A stretch of 59,344 nt of DNA, counting the filler, from Streblomastix strix (Eukaryota), in assembly GCA_008636045.1 (NCBI GenBank). It is 3 parts of 3 records of this genome, joined end to end, with 100 filler letters (N's around TTAATTAATTAA, not from the genome) between each part and the next. Parts side by side here need not be neighbours in the genome. Positions count along the whole stretch, not along the records: positions 19,824 to 39,538 come from SNRW01000492.1; 2 more parts are not named here. One strand, written 5' to 3'. Positions 26,206 to 39,638 of this stretch are shown here, piece after piece; positions within the stretch are counted from its first letter, which is position 1, and the number at the start of each line of letters is the position of its first letter. Both the position numbers and the translations under genes were made by a program. A model generated the notes under the pieces. The model was given only the letters and a program-made list of their open reading frames with translations. It did not search any database and was not told the DNA's origin.

Positions 26206-29200
26206 TCATTTTCCTTATCTTGACCAATTTTGATTGGTGCCTTTAGGTTTAGAACCTATTAATAAATATTTTAGATAATAAGTTAATATAATTATTATTT
26301 ATAATATTATAAATAATGATAAATAATTTATATTCAAACCAACTCCATCCATCCCATAAGTGTCAAGTGGATCTGGTTATGGGACAAATCCTTATTTATT
26401 ATTAAATGAAATAAATATAAATAAAATATATATATAAAAAGATTTTGAGTAAATTAAAAATAAATAATCAATACAATTATTATTTATAATATAATATACC
26501 ATTATAAGTATAGCTCATAAATTAAGCATCTTCAGGGTTCATTTATTGAGAATAAACCCATGGTTGAGTAGCTGCACTCATTCCAACACTTTAAACACTT
26601 CCAGGTAAATTCCTATTTCTAAACAAGTCATCAAGCATTTTATTCTCTCTATTAAATTGGATGTAATGAATAATATTAATTTAAATATAAATGAAAATTA
26701 TTTATTTACTTATTTTATAGAAATTTACCTATCACGTTCTTAAGGTCTCATATAATATGCTTCTGTGAATGTTATTATATTATTTTTAAAAAATGAATAA
26801 AAAAATTTATGATAATAAAATTAAATAAAATTAAAATTTGTATCTAAATTAATTTCAATAATTTATTTTTTCAAACATCCTTTCTTTGTTTTGACAACTG
26901 TTACAACAAGTTTTCCAGAATCATTTGTTGTCAAAACCTCTAAAATATTAAATAATTAAAATATATAAATGTAATATAGAATGAAAATATTAATTATTAT
27001 AAAAATCAAAAAAACATATTTATTTTATTCCTTATTAAATACCTTATTCAACTTCTTCATCAGCAGCATTTTCTTCATCTTTTTCATCCCATAATTCTGC
27101 TTATTTCTTTTCTTCTTCAGTTTATCTCAATTTTTCGTTTATATTTTCTAATTACTCTTCAGCTTCTTCAGCTCTTAATTCTGCTTATTTCTTTTCTTTT
27201 ACAGTTTATCTCAATTTTTTGTTTATATTTTCTACTTACTCTTCAAGTAATTATATTCTTTATTCCATGTTATTTTTCTCTTATTCAGCTTTTTAAGTTC
27301 TTTTCATAGCTTTCATTTTATCTTCTTCCGCTTATTTTTCTTTATTCACAGCATCAATAATTTATTTCTTATAATTCTTAAGCTTTTCTTCAGCATCTCT
27401 TCTCAATTAATCAGACACCATGTACTATTCTTCATATTCTTTTGTTCTTTACTCAGCTCTCTATTTTTCTATTTCACTGCTTTTTTCAGCTTATTTTGCT
27501 CTATCTTCTGCATTTTTTGCTCTTTCTTTCATATTCACATATTCTTATTCAGCTCTTCTAATCGTTTATATTCTTTCTTCTAATTATTTTACATTTTTTT
27601 ATTCCAATTCAACTCTTTCTTCTAACATTTCAACTTCTCCTTTCAATATTTCAGCGCTTTTTTCAGCTTATTCTGCTCTATATTCTGCATTTTTTGCTCT
27701 TTATTCGGCTTTTTATCCATTTTATTCAATTATTCTAATTTTCTCTTCATTTTCTCTTAATTTTTAATCGATAATTCTTCATTTAACTTCTTCTTATTAT
27801 AATTATACTTCAATTTTCTTTTTCTCTTATTCGGCAGTTCTTTTTCTATTTTCTTCTATATGGGTTCTTTTATCTGCAATATTCTTTTCTTATTCAACCA
27901 ATCTTAATTTTTCTATTGCATCGCTTTTCTCTGACTCGGATTTATTAGATTTTTCTTCAAATTCTCGCTTGGCGCGTTCAGATTGACGTATGTTCTTTTC
28001 TAAAAGACGTATTCTTTCTTCGGCAATTTTATTTCTTTCTAATTATTCTATGTTTCTTTATTCAGTAACAAGAGCTCCTTTTTCCAAATCTTTTGGGTTT
28101 TGCTCCGTATTCTTTTAAGCAATAGCAAATTCCGGAATTTCTTTAGAATTATTCAGTTCGTTCAACTCTTGAACTTGCATTACTTCAGATTCAAATAACT
28201 AATCAATGCTTGGTCGTTTGGTTGGATTCTATATATAATAACAGTAAACAAAGTGGATCAGAACAAATATATAGAAATTATATATTAACATATATTATGT
28301 TTTAAATAATAATAATTGTATATAAATATAAAATATATAATATCAAACTTCACTCACCATTGAAATGAGCATCATTCTCAATTCTTCTTCCATTTCATCA
28401 GGTAAATGTTTCATTCTTCCAGAAGAAATATTCGCAATTGTTTCTTCTTATGTTTTCCCCTCAAACGGATGTACACCAGTAATGAATTCTATTATAATTA
28501 CTCCAACTGACCATATATCACTGGCTTCTGTCATCCTGTTTCATAATATGAATTAAATACAATATGTGAAAGAATTAAAATGAATAAGATTAAATAAATG
28601 TTTATTATATAAATAAGATTATAATTTATTAGAAATTATTATATTATTAATATTTGATATGAACTAAATATATTAAACCTTTTATACTTATGAGCTTCTG
28701 AAGGTGCGTAGTTTCTGAAATATTATAATATAAAGAAATTAAGAAAGAAAAATAATTAATTTAATTAAAACTTAACTATAACTTAATAAATTCAATATAA
28801 TTTATAATATTTTTCTAAATATATATATTAAATAATAAACATACGCTGTTCCTGCTGCTTAAAAATAAGATTTACTCGCCATTTTCAATGCCAATCCAAA
28901 GTCACCTATTTAGTAATTCATATAATATAAAATGATATTAAAATTAATAAATTTATTTAAATATTAAAAAAAACCTATCTTAAAATTTCCATGTTGATCG
29001 ATCAGAATGTTCTCTGGCTTCAAATCACGATGTAAAATCTTCTTTGAATGAAGAAAGCGAAGTCCAGATAAGATGTGATACATACATATAATACCTTACT
29101 ATATAATAAATAGGATTAGAAACAAATATATAAAAAATTAAATTAAATTAAATATTTATTAAACACCATTTTAATAAAAAAAAATTTGTACAATTTCTCA

Positions 29201-30028
29201 TACAACTTTTCGCTGTTTAATTGGCCACGATTTCATCTTCGCCATCATCTCACGCAAATTCCCACCAGAGCAGTATTCCATGACAATGCACAAATCCACA
29301 TCAAATTAGAATGACTCAATGTATAAAACAGTATATTTGGATTATGCTTTTCTCAATTGGGTCACTTCTTCATCAGCTATCTTTTTATTACTCAACTCAA
29401 CATATGGAACACGTTTCATGATGTAAATTTTATCATATCCTTTTAATCTTACAAGCATAATACGTCCAAATGCTCCTGGAGGAAATTCTTTTTTGATTTC
29501 AACTATTAAAAAAAAATAAAAATTAATAAAACGTATCAAAAATAAAATCATACAATCTTCATATTTATGATTAACCTATTGAGGTTTTGAATCATTAATA
29601 GTTCTAAGTCTGTTTGTAGTTGCAGGTCGATTCGCTTCAATCAAAGATGAAACTGGATTTGTTGCAGTGGGAATGGCAAGTTTGGGTAGTTATGGTTATC
29701 TAATATCCCTTTGAAGTGCATTTGAGAATGGTACTGATGATACTGGATGGCTCATATCCCTCGGTTGTCTCGCAGACAGTGGTTCTGAAGTCCTTGGTTG
29801 TGAAGTGAAATTAGCCAAGCTTTGCGTCGTCTACTGCCTTGCAGAATGTGCTAATAACTTCCTTTTAGGTACTTTTCCGGTCCGCCCGTCCTTCTCAATA
29901 GTAAAAAATGTAATTCCCTGTTCAATTACACACACAATCTCGCCTTTTCTAACGGGTATGTATTATTCTTCTCCAACTCTTACAGCGTAGTCTTCAAGCA
30001 CTTCGAAAAACTATACTTAAGATGTCAT
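26206..30028 (-). CDS. SH3 domain + NEK-like Ser/Thr kinase + coiled coil, multi-exon
   Basis: N-terminal [47 protein letters not shown] is SH3-like. Kinase motifs [67 protein letters not shown]. An E/K/Q coiled coil follows; TGA at 26206-26208. Confidence 0.9.
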
Positions 30029-31724
30029 AATTTAGTAAAGATTCTGATCAATTCAAAAATATGGAAATAAAATTTGAAATAACAAAAGAAGGTTGAAAAA
30101 AAAGGGAATTATAAAAAAAAGATGTTCCATCAGGTAATTTGGTACTACGGAAAAGTAAATGATATAAATTAATTAATAAATCGAGATAGAGATACAACAA
30201 GTTCACAAAAATCAGAATGTGATTTGGCTAGCAATATTCATAGAGTGATTAATGAAGTTTAAATTTTAGAAATATAAAACGCCTATAATTCGGTACATAT
30301 AATGTAAACTACTTTTTGATTAATAATTTCATTATGGCAAGTATTTGTAGAATACAAAAATATAAATTTTCCTGTATATATTCCAGACCAATAGGCCTGT
30401 CAAAAATTGGTACAAAATTGCCAATTTTCAGACGGATTTTTAAAAGTATATGCGGATTTGTTTTGAATATAAAATTTGAATATATTATATATTTACACTT
30501 TATTTTTAGTGATTAGAAAAATCCGCATACTCAGCGATGATGATTTCAAGTCTTTTATTATTTTTCAAAATCTACCTGTCACAATAATTATAAGTTACAT
30601 TTTGTTATGTTTTTATACATTATATATTATTATAGGGCGTATACATACGATATTAACATTTTTACAAGTTGTGCAGGCGGGAAAAGGAGAGTGATTTTTC
30701 CATACAATGAACTTCTGTTTTCCTTAAATTTATAGTTATATTTTATTTAATGTATATAAATAAATATATTATTTATAATTTTAAATTGGCTTTTTTCTTT
30801 TGTGTATATTTTTAAAGTGTTTACTTGGAATAATTTGTTGTGTTAATTTTTCTAAAATGGAAACTTGCTCTAAAATAGTGTATAGCTTTCTTATATATAT
30901 TATCTTTATTAAAATCATTAGTAGACATAACATAATTATCATTGCACCTCATTTTGTTAACTAATTACTTGTATTTTGAAATAAAAATATTTTTTGCGAT
31001 CTTGTAAACGAGATATATTTATGACCTGTAACTATTATAAACAATTTATATAATATATTTATTGATTTATTATCTTAATATTAAGGGTAAATTATTTACG
31101 TACAAAAATTAAAATTTTTGAAAATTATTTTTTATTGAACTTTTCAAAATTTGGCTTGCGGAAAAATCTGCACTTTTGATTGCTTTGCGTAAAAATCCGC
31201 ACTTTTCGTCCGCTATTTTAGTACCTCTAAATTTTTTTTATAAAATTATTTCTATTTAAAACAAATTTCTTATATATCTAATTGTCCATATGTGTAGATC
31301 TAATATTTTTCAATTTCATATATTTTCTTGACTAATTGAGGAGATAATGCAAAACTGTGAGTTCTATTTAGTTATATCAAGGTTGACAAAAATCTTATGT
31401 AAAGATAGACAAAAGACTTATAAAGAAGTAATCATAATATCTTTATTTGTAATTTTACATTAAAATGTTTCATTAAAAACTATTAGTTTAAGATAAAAAT
31501 TAATGAAATAAACATTAATTCTGATTAAATATAATTAACTGATATGATAAATATAAATTATATTAATATTAGAAAATTAAGGTAAATATTTTTTATTTTA
31601 TAGAAAACAGTTTATTTCTAGTTGTCATATATATTAATAATAATTATTATAATTAAATATATTTATTATATATATTTAATAAATTAAATCAGTCTATTTA
31701 TGGAGTTAACAAAAATTATTTCAA

Positions 31725-31838
31725 AATGTAAGCCGTTATCGGGAAGAGACAGACAGCCGCGGTGTCTCTATGTCTCTCGTCTCCCCCTACCCATAACCAG
31801 ATTCATGTTCTATTTCAAGGTATACGTTGAATGATTCT
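31725..31838. ncRNA. Candidate structured RNA / GC-rich double hairpin
   Basis: Isolated GC-rich island with nested stems GTTAT/ATAAC, GGGA/TCCC, AGAGAC/GTCTCT and AGACA/TGTCT, plus a second hairpin TTCAA-GGTATACG-TTGAA. Confidence 0.3.
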
Positions 31839-32585
31839 TAAAATTTTTTAGAATTTTATTAATTATTCTTTTATGTATTCCATATATAATTTAAATTTTG
31901 AACCAATTTATTAGCATATATGAAGTTTTTGAACTCTTTTTTTACAGTTTGCCACTTTTAGCTATAATAAAGTTCAAAAAGAAATACTTTTCATATTCCG
32001 AATTCTCATTTTATTATAATTTATAAACTATCTATAAAATTTTTTAATTTAATTTTCATTTGAGTGAGAAAGCAAAATAACAAAATCATTCAATGATTTT
32101 CGCCATTCTAAGATTTTTGTTATAAAATTTTTTCAATTATTTCAATTTTAAAAATATTTAGCTTTAAAATTCAACTTTTTATAAATAACAATTTTAGTGC
32201 ATAATGTATATAAATAAAATAAATAGTCTTATTAGTGACCATCATTGAAGATAATTTTTAACTGTATTTTAATTGTGACAAATTTTTTTTGAAAAAGCAC
32301 ATTAGAGAGAAACAAGTGTCACATTTTCGTATCAATTTTGATATACTTACTTCTATTGAAGAAATCTGATCACTATTCAGATAATGACTATCATGAATCA
32401 GTATATAAGGACTGCATGTTTGCTTTGTAGTTCTGGGCTGACCTGGAAAAGATAAAGATGACAGTAATACGATTGATATTTGAGATTGAACTTTAGTTTA
32501 AGGAGAGAAAGAAATCTGATGATAGTCTTTGATTGGAGGTATAATTTTTTTGTCGCTATTTTCTTAAGCATAAACAACAGATACT

Positions 32586-33174
32586 GAAAGAGTTGATTAA
32601 TAAAATCTTAGAGAGTATGTGGTTTGCACCGAGTGAATTGAGCCAGTAAGGATGGCATTTCATAGTAGTCACTAATCAGAAAATCAATGATGATATTGGA
32701 GCAGTTATTGAACCACAAATCCTTAAGGCTCGACCACAAAATATTAAAAGAAAACTTCCTGGAATAAGAAACATCACTTTTTATAACGCGCCTGATGTCA
32801 TATATGCGACAGTCCCTGTTGAAGCACATCGCATGAAATACATTGACATTGGACTTGCAATTGAGAATGGAGCACTTATTGCTGAAGAGCTTGGTTAGTG
32901 TTTTGAATAATTTAATTATTTAATTAAATAATTTACAACAAATTTATTAATTATTATTAACATTATCTAAATATTTTATTTTGTAGGCCTTGGAGCAGCT
33001 ATTATAGGAACAATCAGAGAGCTTGGTCCTGAAATTGTCTATAAAACATTGAATAATGATGAAACTAAAGAAGAATACATCATTTCATTGGCGATTGGTT
33101 ATATTGCAGAAGGATTTCAGCCACAGATCAGACCTCGGAAGCCAATTGAAGAGATTGTAACATTTATTGAATGA
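32586..33174 (+). pseudogene. 5'-truncated duplicate of the nitroreductase gene
   Basis: Nearly identical to ~25067-25680, including the intron and 3' flank. It lacks the ATG and first ~20 codons, and MRFAPSGLN has become MWFAPSELS. Confidence 0.9.
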
Positions 33175-33284
33175 ATAAGCATAATTCTTATTTCATATTC
33201 TAAATAAGAAAATTTACTACAGTGCTGCAATTAATTTAATTTTTATACATTTTATAAATATATATTTTTATAAAATAAAGTTTA

Positions 33285-33737
33285 AAATAAGCCTTTATTA
33301 GCACTTTGAGTAAAACATTAATCTTAGCTGTATTTCCGTCAGTGCGTAAATTTTTATTGATTTTTTATATTATTTTTTAAATTTATAAGTGAATAAACTT
33401 AAATTAATGGATGCAATTAACCATTATGCTATTTTTGGCTTCAAACAAAATTATTTTTATTATTTACCATTTAAATCCTGTAACTCAAGTTTTATTTAAT
33501 CTTTAACACGATTTATGTTTTAGAATTCTTTAATTCTTATGAAATAATATCAAATATGCCAAATATTCGAATTAAACATTGTTGAAATTAAGATTTTAAT
33601 GATTTTTCCCTCTTTTTCAATCTTTTCTGCAAAAACAAAAACACTATTTTTATAATATCATATATATATCTTTACCCATAGAACCCTAACCAACTCACCC
33701 ATCCAAACCCTTCTGGGTCAATTTGGCACACCAATTT
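33285..33737 (+). repeat. Dispersed ~450-bp repeat, copy 2
   Basis: Diverged direct copy of 20528-20978, offset about 12.76 kb. Confidence 0.8.
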
Positions 33738-34172
33738 TTTTTTATTTATATTACTTTAAAATAATGAGTTTAAAATATTGTTAGTTTTCGTTCGTTTGTG
33801 TATTAATAATTTATTATAATTTCAAAAAATCATATTTTCAAGATAGCAATCCATTATATTCCGATCATTGTTCCTATTTAATAAATGGCGCAAATATTAT
33901 ATTGTCAAATAAATCAATTATGCTTTGCATTACTTCTAATTCAAAAGATAAAGACAATCGAAAATCTTTCAAAATATAATTTAAATTTTTTGTGGCACAA
34001 TTAATATATTGCTTTAATTTCATCATTTTTATATTTATATTAACATATATATGCAATATTTATTATAAACATATAATTTTAAACTATAGTGCAAATAATT
34101 TCATTTGAATAATAAAAATGAAAACATTTTTTTTATATTAAATCTAATCTTTTTTACTATTATAGGAAAAAT

Positions 34173-35713
34173 ATGGCAGTACCTTAGGAATACAATATTG
34201 ACGGTTTGATTCAGCTTGGAGATAACATCTTGTTAGAATTAGTCGGAGAAATAACAGAGTTTCATGATCTTAAACAAGTGCTTAGCGTCAACAAGAAATT
34301 CTTTTCGTTTATTGACCACCCAAGATTCTACAATTTGATTGAAGCAGGTTTTAGCCATTTGTATAGACGAGCTCTTATCCTTCATACTCGTGATAGTATT
34401 GAAACAGTTCTAGACCCTGATCGCACAGATGAAAACAAAGCGAAAATTCAATCATCGATCTTTGATCTCAAAACTCGACTGACTAAAGATCCAAACTTCT
34501 TATCCAAAAAGATTAAAAAGATAGCACTGGTTTTAAACAATTATTCGATTAAGGATTTTAATTAATATTTAAATCAAGCTGTAATTTACATCAATGGGCT
34601 TAATCAACTGAAAGTTGACTTCTATACATTTCCTGAGAATATGAATTAGATTCGCGTTGATAAATCTAGAGCATGGCTATAAAAGTAGTGCATTTATTTT
34701 ATTAAATATATGATATAATATAATGTAGTTACACATTAATTAATATAATTATTTTTTTATGTTAAAATCTCTTTCTTAGGATGCGAATGCCCCCTGATAA
34801 TATTTAATTTGTAGATCTGCAATCATCAGGTGATGTTTCTTTTGCATTAACAACAGATGGCAAACTTTGGTCGCGTGTTATTAATGATGATGGAACATTG
34901 GTCACAGTTAATGGCGAAGTTTGGAGATTAAATCCTCATTTTAGTGCAGAGAATGGTTTGATTCCAAGTTCTGTTGGACCAAGCAAGATCAGATATTTCA
35001 GCTTTGAGTTTAATAGGCTGATTGTGATTCTTGAGAATGGAGCTGTATTTGCATATGGTCCACTACAGGAGTTCTAAGGTTAGCTAAATATTCCAGATAA
35101 TGGATTCATTGAGCTGACAGATTCAAGTAAAATGAAATCACATTCCCCTGATGAACTTCATGGAGAACTTTCTGGGGAAGTTGGACCATTTGGTATTTTT
35201 GGATCATATCATGTTGTCAAGTACTTTCAAAGTGCAGAGGCATTCCTAACTGTTGATGGGATTGTTCTTGCTAAATCTTAAACTGTAAATGAAAAGAAAT
35301 ACAAATACAGTTTCACTCCAATTAATCCTATAGTCCATGAAGGAGAGAAGATAAGTCAAATATATCATCATTAAGGTAGGAGCGCATTTGTGACTGAATC
35401 TGGTAGGGTGATATATGCACAAGGTGTATTCATTGAAATGTAACCATTAATTACTGATCCAAATACTAAGTGGAAAAATTTAAAGTTACCGTTTGATGTG
35501 GATGAGCTAGAAACTCTGATTCTGACTGATAATCTACATTGCACAGCTCTTCGAAAAGATGGAACTATATTCAATATTCGGCATTGCGATGATGCAGTTC
35601 GTGATACAACAGATTATGTCAGTGAACTTGCGAATGCTGATGGAAAAGGTGCAGGAATGAAGATCAAGCAATTTATGCGGATAGCATAGTGTTCAATATT
35701 CATCTTCTAATGA
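34173..35713 (+). CDS. F-box-like N-terminus + RCC1/BLIP-II-like beta-propeller repeats, one intron
   Basis: GLIQLGDNILLELVGEITEFHDLKQVLSVNKKF follows an F-box pattern. Repeats SFALTTDGKLWS, IVILENGAVFAYG, AFLTVDGIV, SAFVTESGRV and CTALRKDGTIF. Intron 34685-34779; TGA at 35711-35713. Confidence 0.7.
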
Positions 35714-35927
35714 ATGAAGCTGAAATGAACTTCCAAGAGAAAGTAATTAAAGTGAACTTGCTGATGGAATATTAAAGTTATTGTTTGAAAAGTTGAATTG
35801 CCTCTTCCTCGCTTCTTTTTGAAATAAAACTTGATAATAAAAAAAACTTTAAAAATAAAATAAAAAATAAATAAAGTTTATAAAACTCTTAATATTTTAT
35901 TTATTATTTAATCAATCGGTATAAAAT

Positions 35928-38900
35928 TCAAAAATCAATCCCATTCTTCAACTTTTCTGCTTTACTTTAAACGCCAGAGTCACTAAAGTCTGAATGGAAC
36001 AAAAGAGAATCTTTTTCTTCAAAGAGTCCATATTCTTCAATATTGACTTTAATTTAATTCAGAAGTTTCTATGACTATTCTTCTTTTCTTATTTAATGAA
36101 TATTCTTTAACAATTTTGAAAATATTTTAATATATGAAATTAAAATATCATCATCAGCAACTTATCCACCAGCAGAACTCATCAGATTTTGGAGAGATTT
36201 CATCACTTTTTATTTGTGAATTAGTTGATTAAATACATTTTTCATCAATTTTTGAAATTGTTTTAATAATTGAAAGTGAGTTTAAAAGTATTATTGAAGA
36301 TTCTTCCGAATTTTAATTGTTCTTTCCTAAGTTTTCTGCAATTTATATAATCTATGAAATAAGAGTCGGTTACATGACGACTTGTGTTGTAAGACCATCT
36401 GAATATTTCATCATTTAAGATAAAAGAATTAAAGATGAGCTTATTCATGAAGAATATGTATTTCTGAATTAATAATTTTCTCCTTCTGATAGTGAATTTA
36501 AAGATTAATATGGTAATAGTGATTTGCCTTCTTTTGATTAATGATCAAAATTAGGGAAAGAATTGATGAGATATGTGCAAGAAGATTGTGTTATATATTC
36601 AAATTATTAATTTTCGATAAAGATAAATTTTCAATAAACTAGGAAAGAGTTTTGAATGCTGATGAGACAAGATTTTAGATAGAAGGAATATTTGGAATAT
36701 TTTTATCTTAGAAACATTTACAGTTCAGATGAATAAATGGAAGAATGAATTCATGTATTTTATAATCATCAATCAAACTATCCATATTCCCTTGATCACT
36801 TCCTATACTTTAAACAGAAATAAGAATAATTTATACTAACTTTATTTTATCATTATATATTTAGCTTTGTTTTTTTTGACTTATGAATTGATTATTGAAT
36901 TATTTTCAGATGATTCTTTTTTAACTAATTTGATGAAATATTTGAGTTTGGGAATGAATATTTCTTAGCATTATTTAAGTATTTTCAATTTAATTTCATT
37001 ATTTTTCTTTATACAACATAATGCAATTGCTGCATTTAACTTTATATTTTCATTAATATACTTTATATAATTAATATCTTCATTATTTTGATCTTCTTCT
37101 ATTTTATTATCTAAGCACTATTTCATACTTATAAGAAGCTTTGATTCAATGAGTACTTGTAAAAATGGATTTTACTTTATAATTCTGGACATTCTGAATC
37201 CTTATTCTGAAAATGATGCAATTAACGATGTTATACTTTATTAAAGCCGCAATTACTTATTATGTTTGCTTTCTTTAAGAATGAAGTTTAACACACTGCA
37301 AATCTATATATCAATCAAATTGAACGTAATTTAAAGATTCCCATTATTCAAAATCAAATGAAAACTATCAATTAATTAATTTAAAGAAGGCTAATTCTTT
37401 ATCAGGAAAAGTTCAAATAATATTAAATAAACACTTTAACGGATAAAAATCATTGCTGCTTAAAATAACTCAGTGTCTTTAAGATTTTCTGCTATTTGTA
37501 TCATATTCCCTATATATTCCCAAGAATTATTAATGATTTAATTATTAAAATTATCATCTTTTTAACATTTAACTTTCAAATCCTCCATTTCAAGAGATTA
37601 TTCAATATTTGCATTTGCATTTGAAATAAGATTCATCTTTTCTTCTTCTGTATATAAGGCATTTTATGCAAATATATATCTATCGAGACAAAATTATTAT
37701 ACTGCATTTATTTGAATCGTTTCATCGTCTTCATCATTATCGTCATCATAATAAAATAAGTATATATAAATCTTACTTATGATTAGATTTTATAGAGTCT
37801 AGATTGGAATTAATAACTTTATTAGATTTCTTGTGTTTTCAACTCCTTGAATATATACTGTTAATAAAATCTAGATAATTTATATTTTGTATGAAATATT
37901 GCATCCATTTATATTTGTAATTTATGTAGAGAGAATATTGCTAACCAGAATAGATTCTATATTATTTTTATGAAATGAAAGATAGAAAACTGTTTGAAGA
38001 CCAAATTTATTTTCATGAAAAGTTTCCAAATTTCTTTCAATATATTCGCTTAATCAATCAAAATTTAAATCCAGCAAATAAGATGGCATTTACTGTCCTT
38101 TATAAATCATTATTAATGTTTTATGCATGATTTCAAATATATTATCATTTATTTTATCCGATGAGATAATCTTCTAAAAAATATCCAATGTTCCATTAGA
38201 TTGCAGTTCGTTAAATAGAGAATGTTTTTATTAAATTGAAATATCCAATATACCTTCAGAAAAATCAGAAATAATAACATTTCCGGAGTAAAAAGATGAA
38301 ATATTGTTGTTGAAACAGATTCTACAAGTATTGAAGAAGGATATTCAAGAAAACGAGCAATTGATTGAATAATTCCAATTTGGTAAAGAAATTGATTTGA
38401 TTTTGCAGATATCGAATTTGCTAATAATTTTCAATTGTTTAAAATGAATTGATTTAGATTGATTGAGAGGAAGATGATGATAAAGAACCTTAAGTTGCAA
38501 TATAAACCCAGATTTGATAATATCATTTGAAATATTATCATCTGCTTCTAATATAAATATAAGAGATGAACAAATATTATTAATAATTCCAATAGAAATT
38601 GAAAGGATTGGTTGATTTTTGTATTAACATTCGAATATCTGTTCATTTATATAGCAAATCTGGGCAAGACTAATGTTAATTAATTAATCAGATAAAAGTG
38701 TTTTACTATTTTCTTCATATGCATCTTTAAAGTTCAGAATAGCTTCATTGAGTTTGAAGATTTTTTATAATTATGAATTATTGGACTATTTATTTGCCAT
38801 TAATAGAATTAATTCATCAAGATGATGAGATCTATCTCCAATAAGTTCTAAAAACTTTAAATTATCAATCGAACGTTTAACCTTATTTTCTTCAGCAGAA

Positions 38901-39538
38901 CTGCCATTCGTGGAAATTAGAAGAAGAAGTTCCAACGAATAGCATTTAATATCTTAATCTTCTGATTTAACTAGATTGGATAAAGTATCTATGAAATTAT
39001 TTGATAAAATTTTAGCAATATTCGCATAAAAATATGATAGTGAAAAAAAAATATTATTTTAATTGTAATATTAAAGCATACATTCCTTTGTTGCCAACAC
39101 ACAAAGAATATCAACTAAATATTTAACATCTTTTGATTCAGTATCATTTTCAAGATTAAATTTCAATTGACTAATAATCTCCTATCTTTTGAATGGCTTA
39201 ATTTCATGCGCTCTAGATAGAATACCCAACGCTTAAGCTGCATTATTCATAATCTCATCTGTTTCTCCATTAATAAGGCAATTGTTTCTCAACGAGTGAG
39301 TAACACAATATTAACGAACCTGTTAATAAAGAGGATGATGATTTCTTTTCCAATCTCTTTCTTCTTGTGAATAAAGAATATCATTCATAATTATGATTGA
39401 ATCCCTTTTCACTTCAATATTGGAATGATGAAGGAGATTTGAAAATGTTTACAATACTTTGATCCTTTATAATTAATATTTTATTTCATAATTCATATTA
39501 TAAATTAATCCATGAATAAATTGTGTAAATGATTTTGA
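35928..39538 (-). pseudogene. 5'-partial long ARM/HEAT-like repeat gene with disruptions
   Basis: Helical-repeat translation ending EEYGLFEEKDSLLF...KNGIDF-TGA (35928). There is an in-frame TGA at 36445-36447 and apparent 1-nt indels near 36240, 38285 and 38430. Confidence 0.65.
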
Positions 39539-39638
39539 NNNNNNNNNNNNNNNNNNNNNNNNNNNNNNNNNNNNNNNNNNNNTTAATTAATTAANNNNNN
39601 NNNNNNNNNNNNNNNNNNNNNNNNNNNNNNNNNNNNNN
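39539..39638. other. Artificial contig linker (44 N + TTAATTAATTAA + 44 N)
   Basis: Same structure as 19724-19823. Confidence 0.98.

Noticed and set aside
32220..32570. Coding-like sequence upstream of the truncated nitroreductase
   Set aside because: No sustained frame or recognisable motif.
36445..36447. In-frame TGA as selenocysteine or TGA reassignment (also the TGAs in the viral ORFs)
   Set aside because: They occur only in genes that also carry frameshifts or lie in the decayed viral remnant, while intact genes use TGA as stop. Decay is the simpler explanation.
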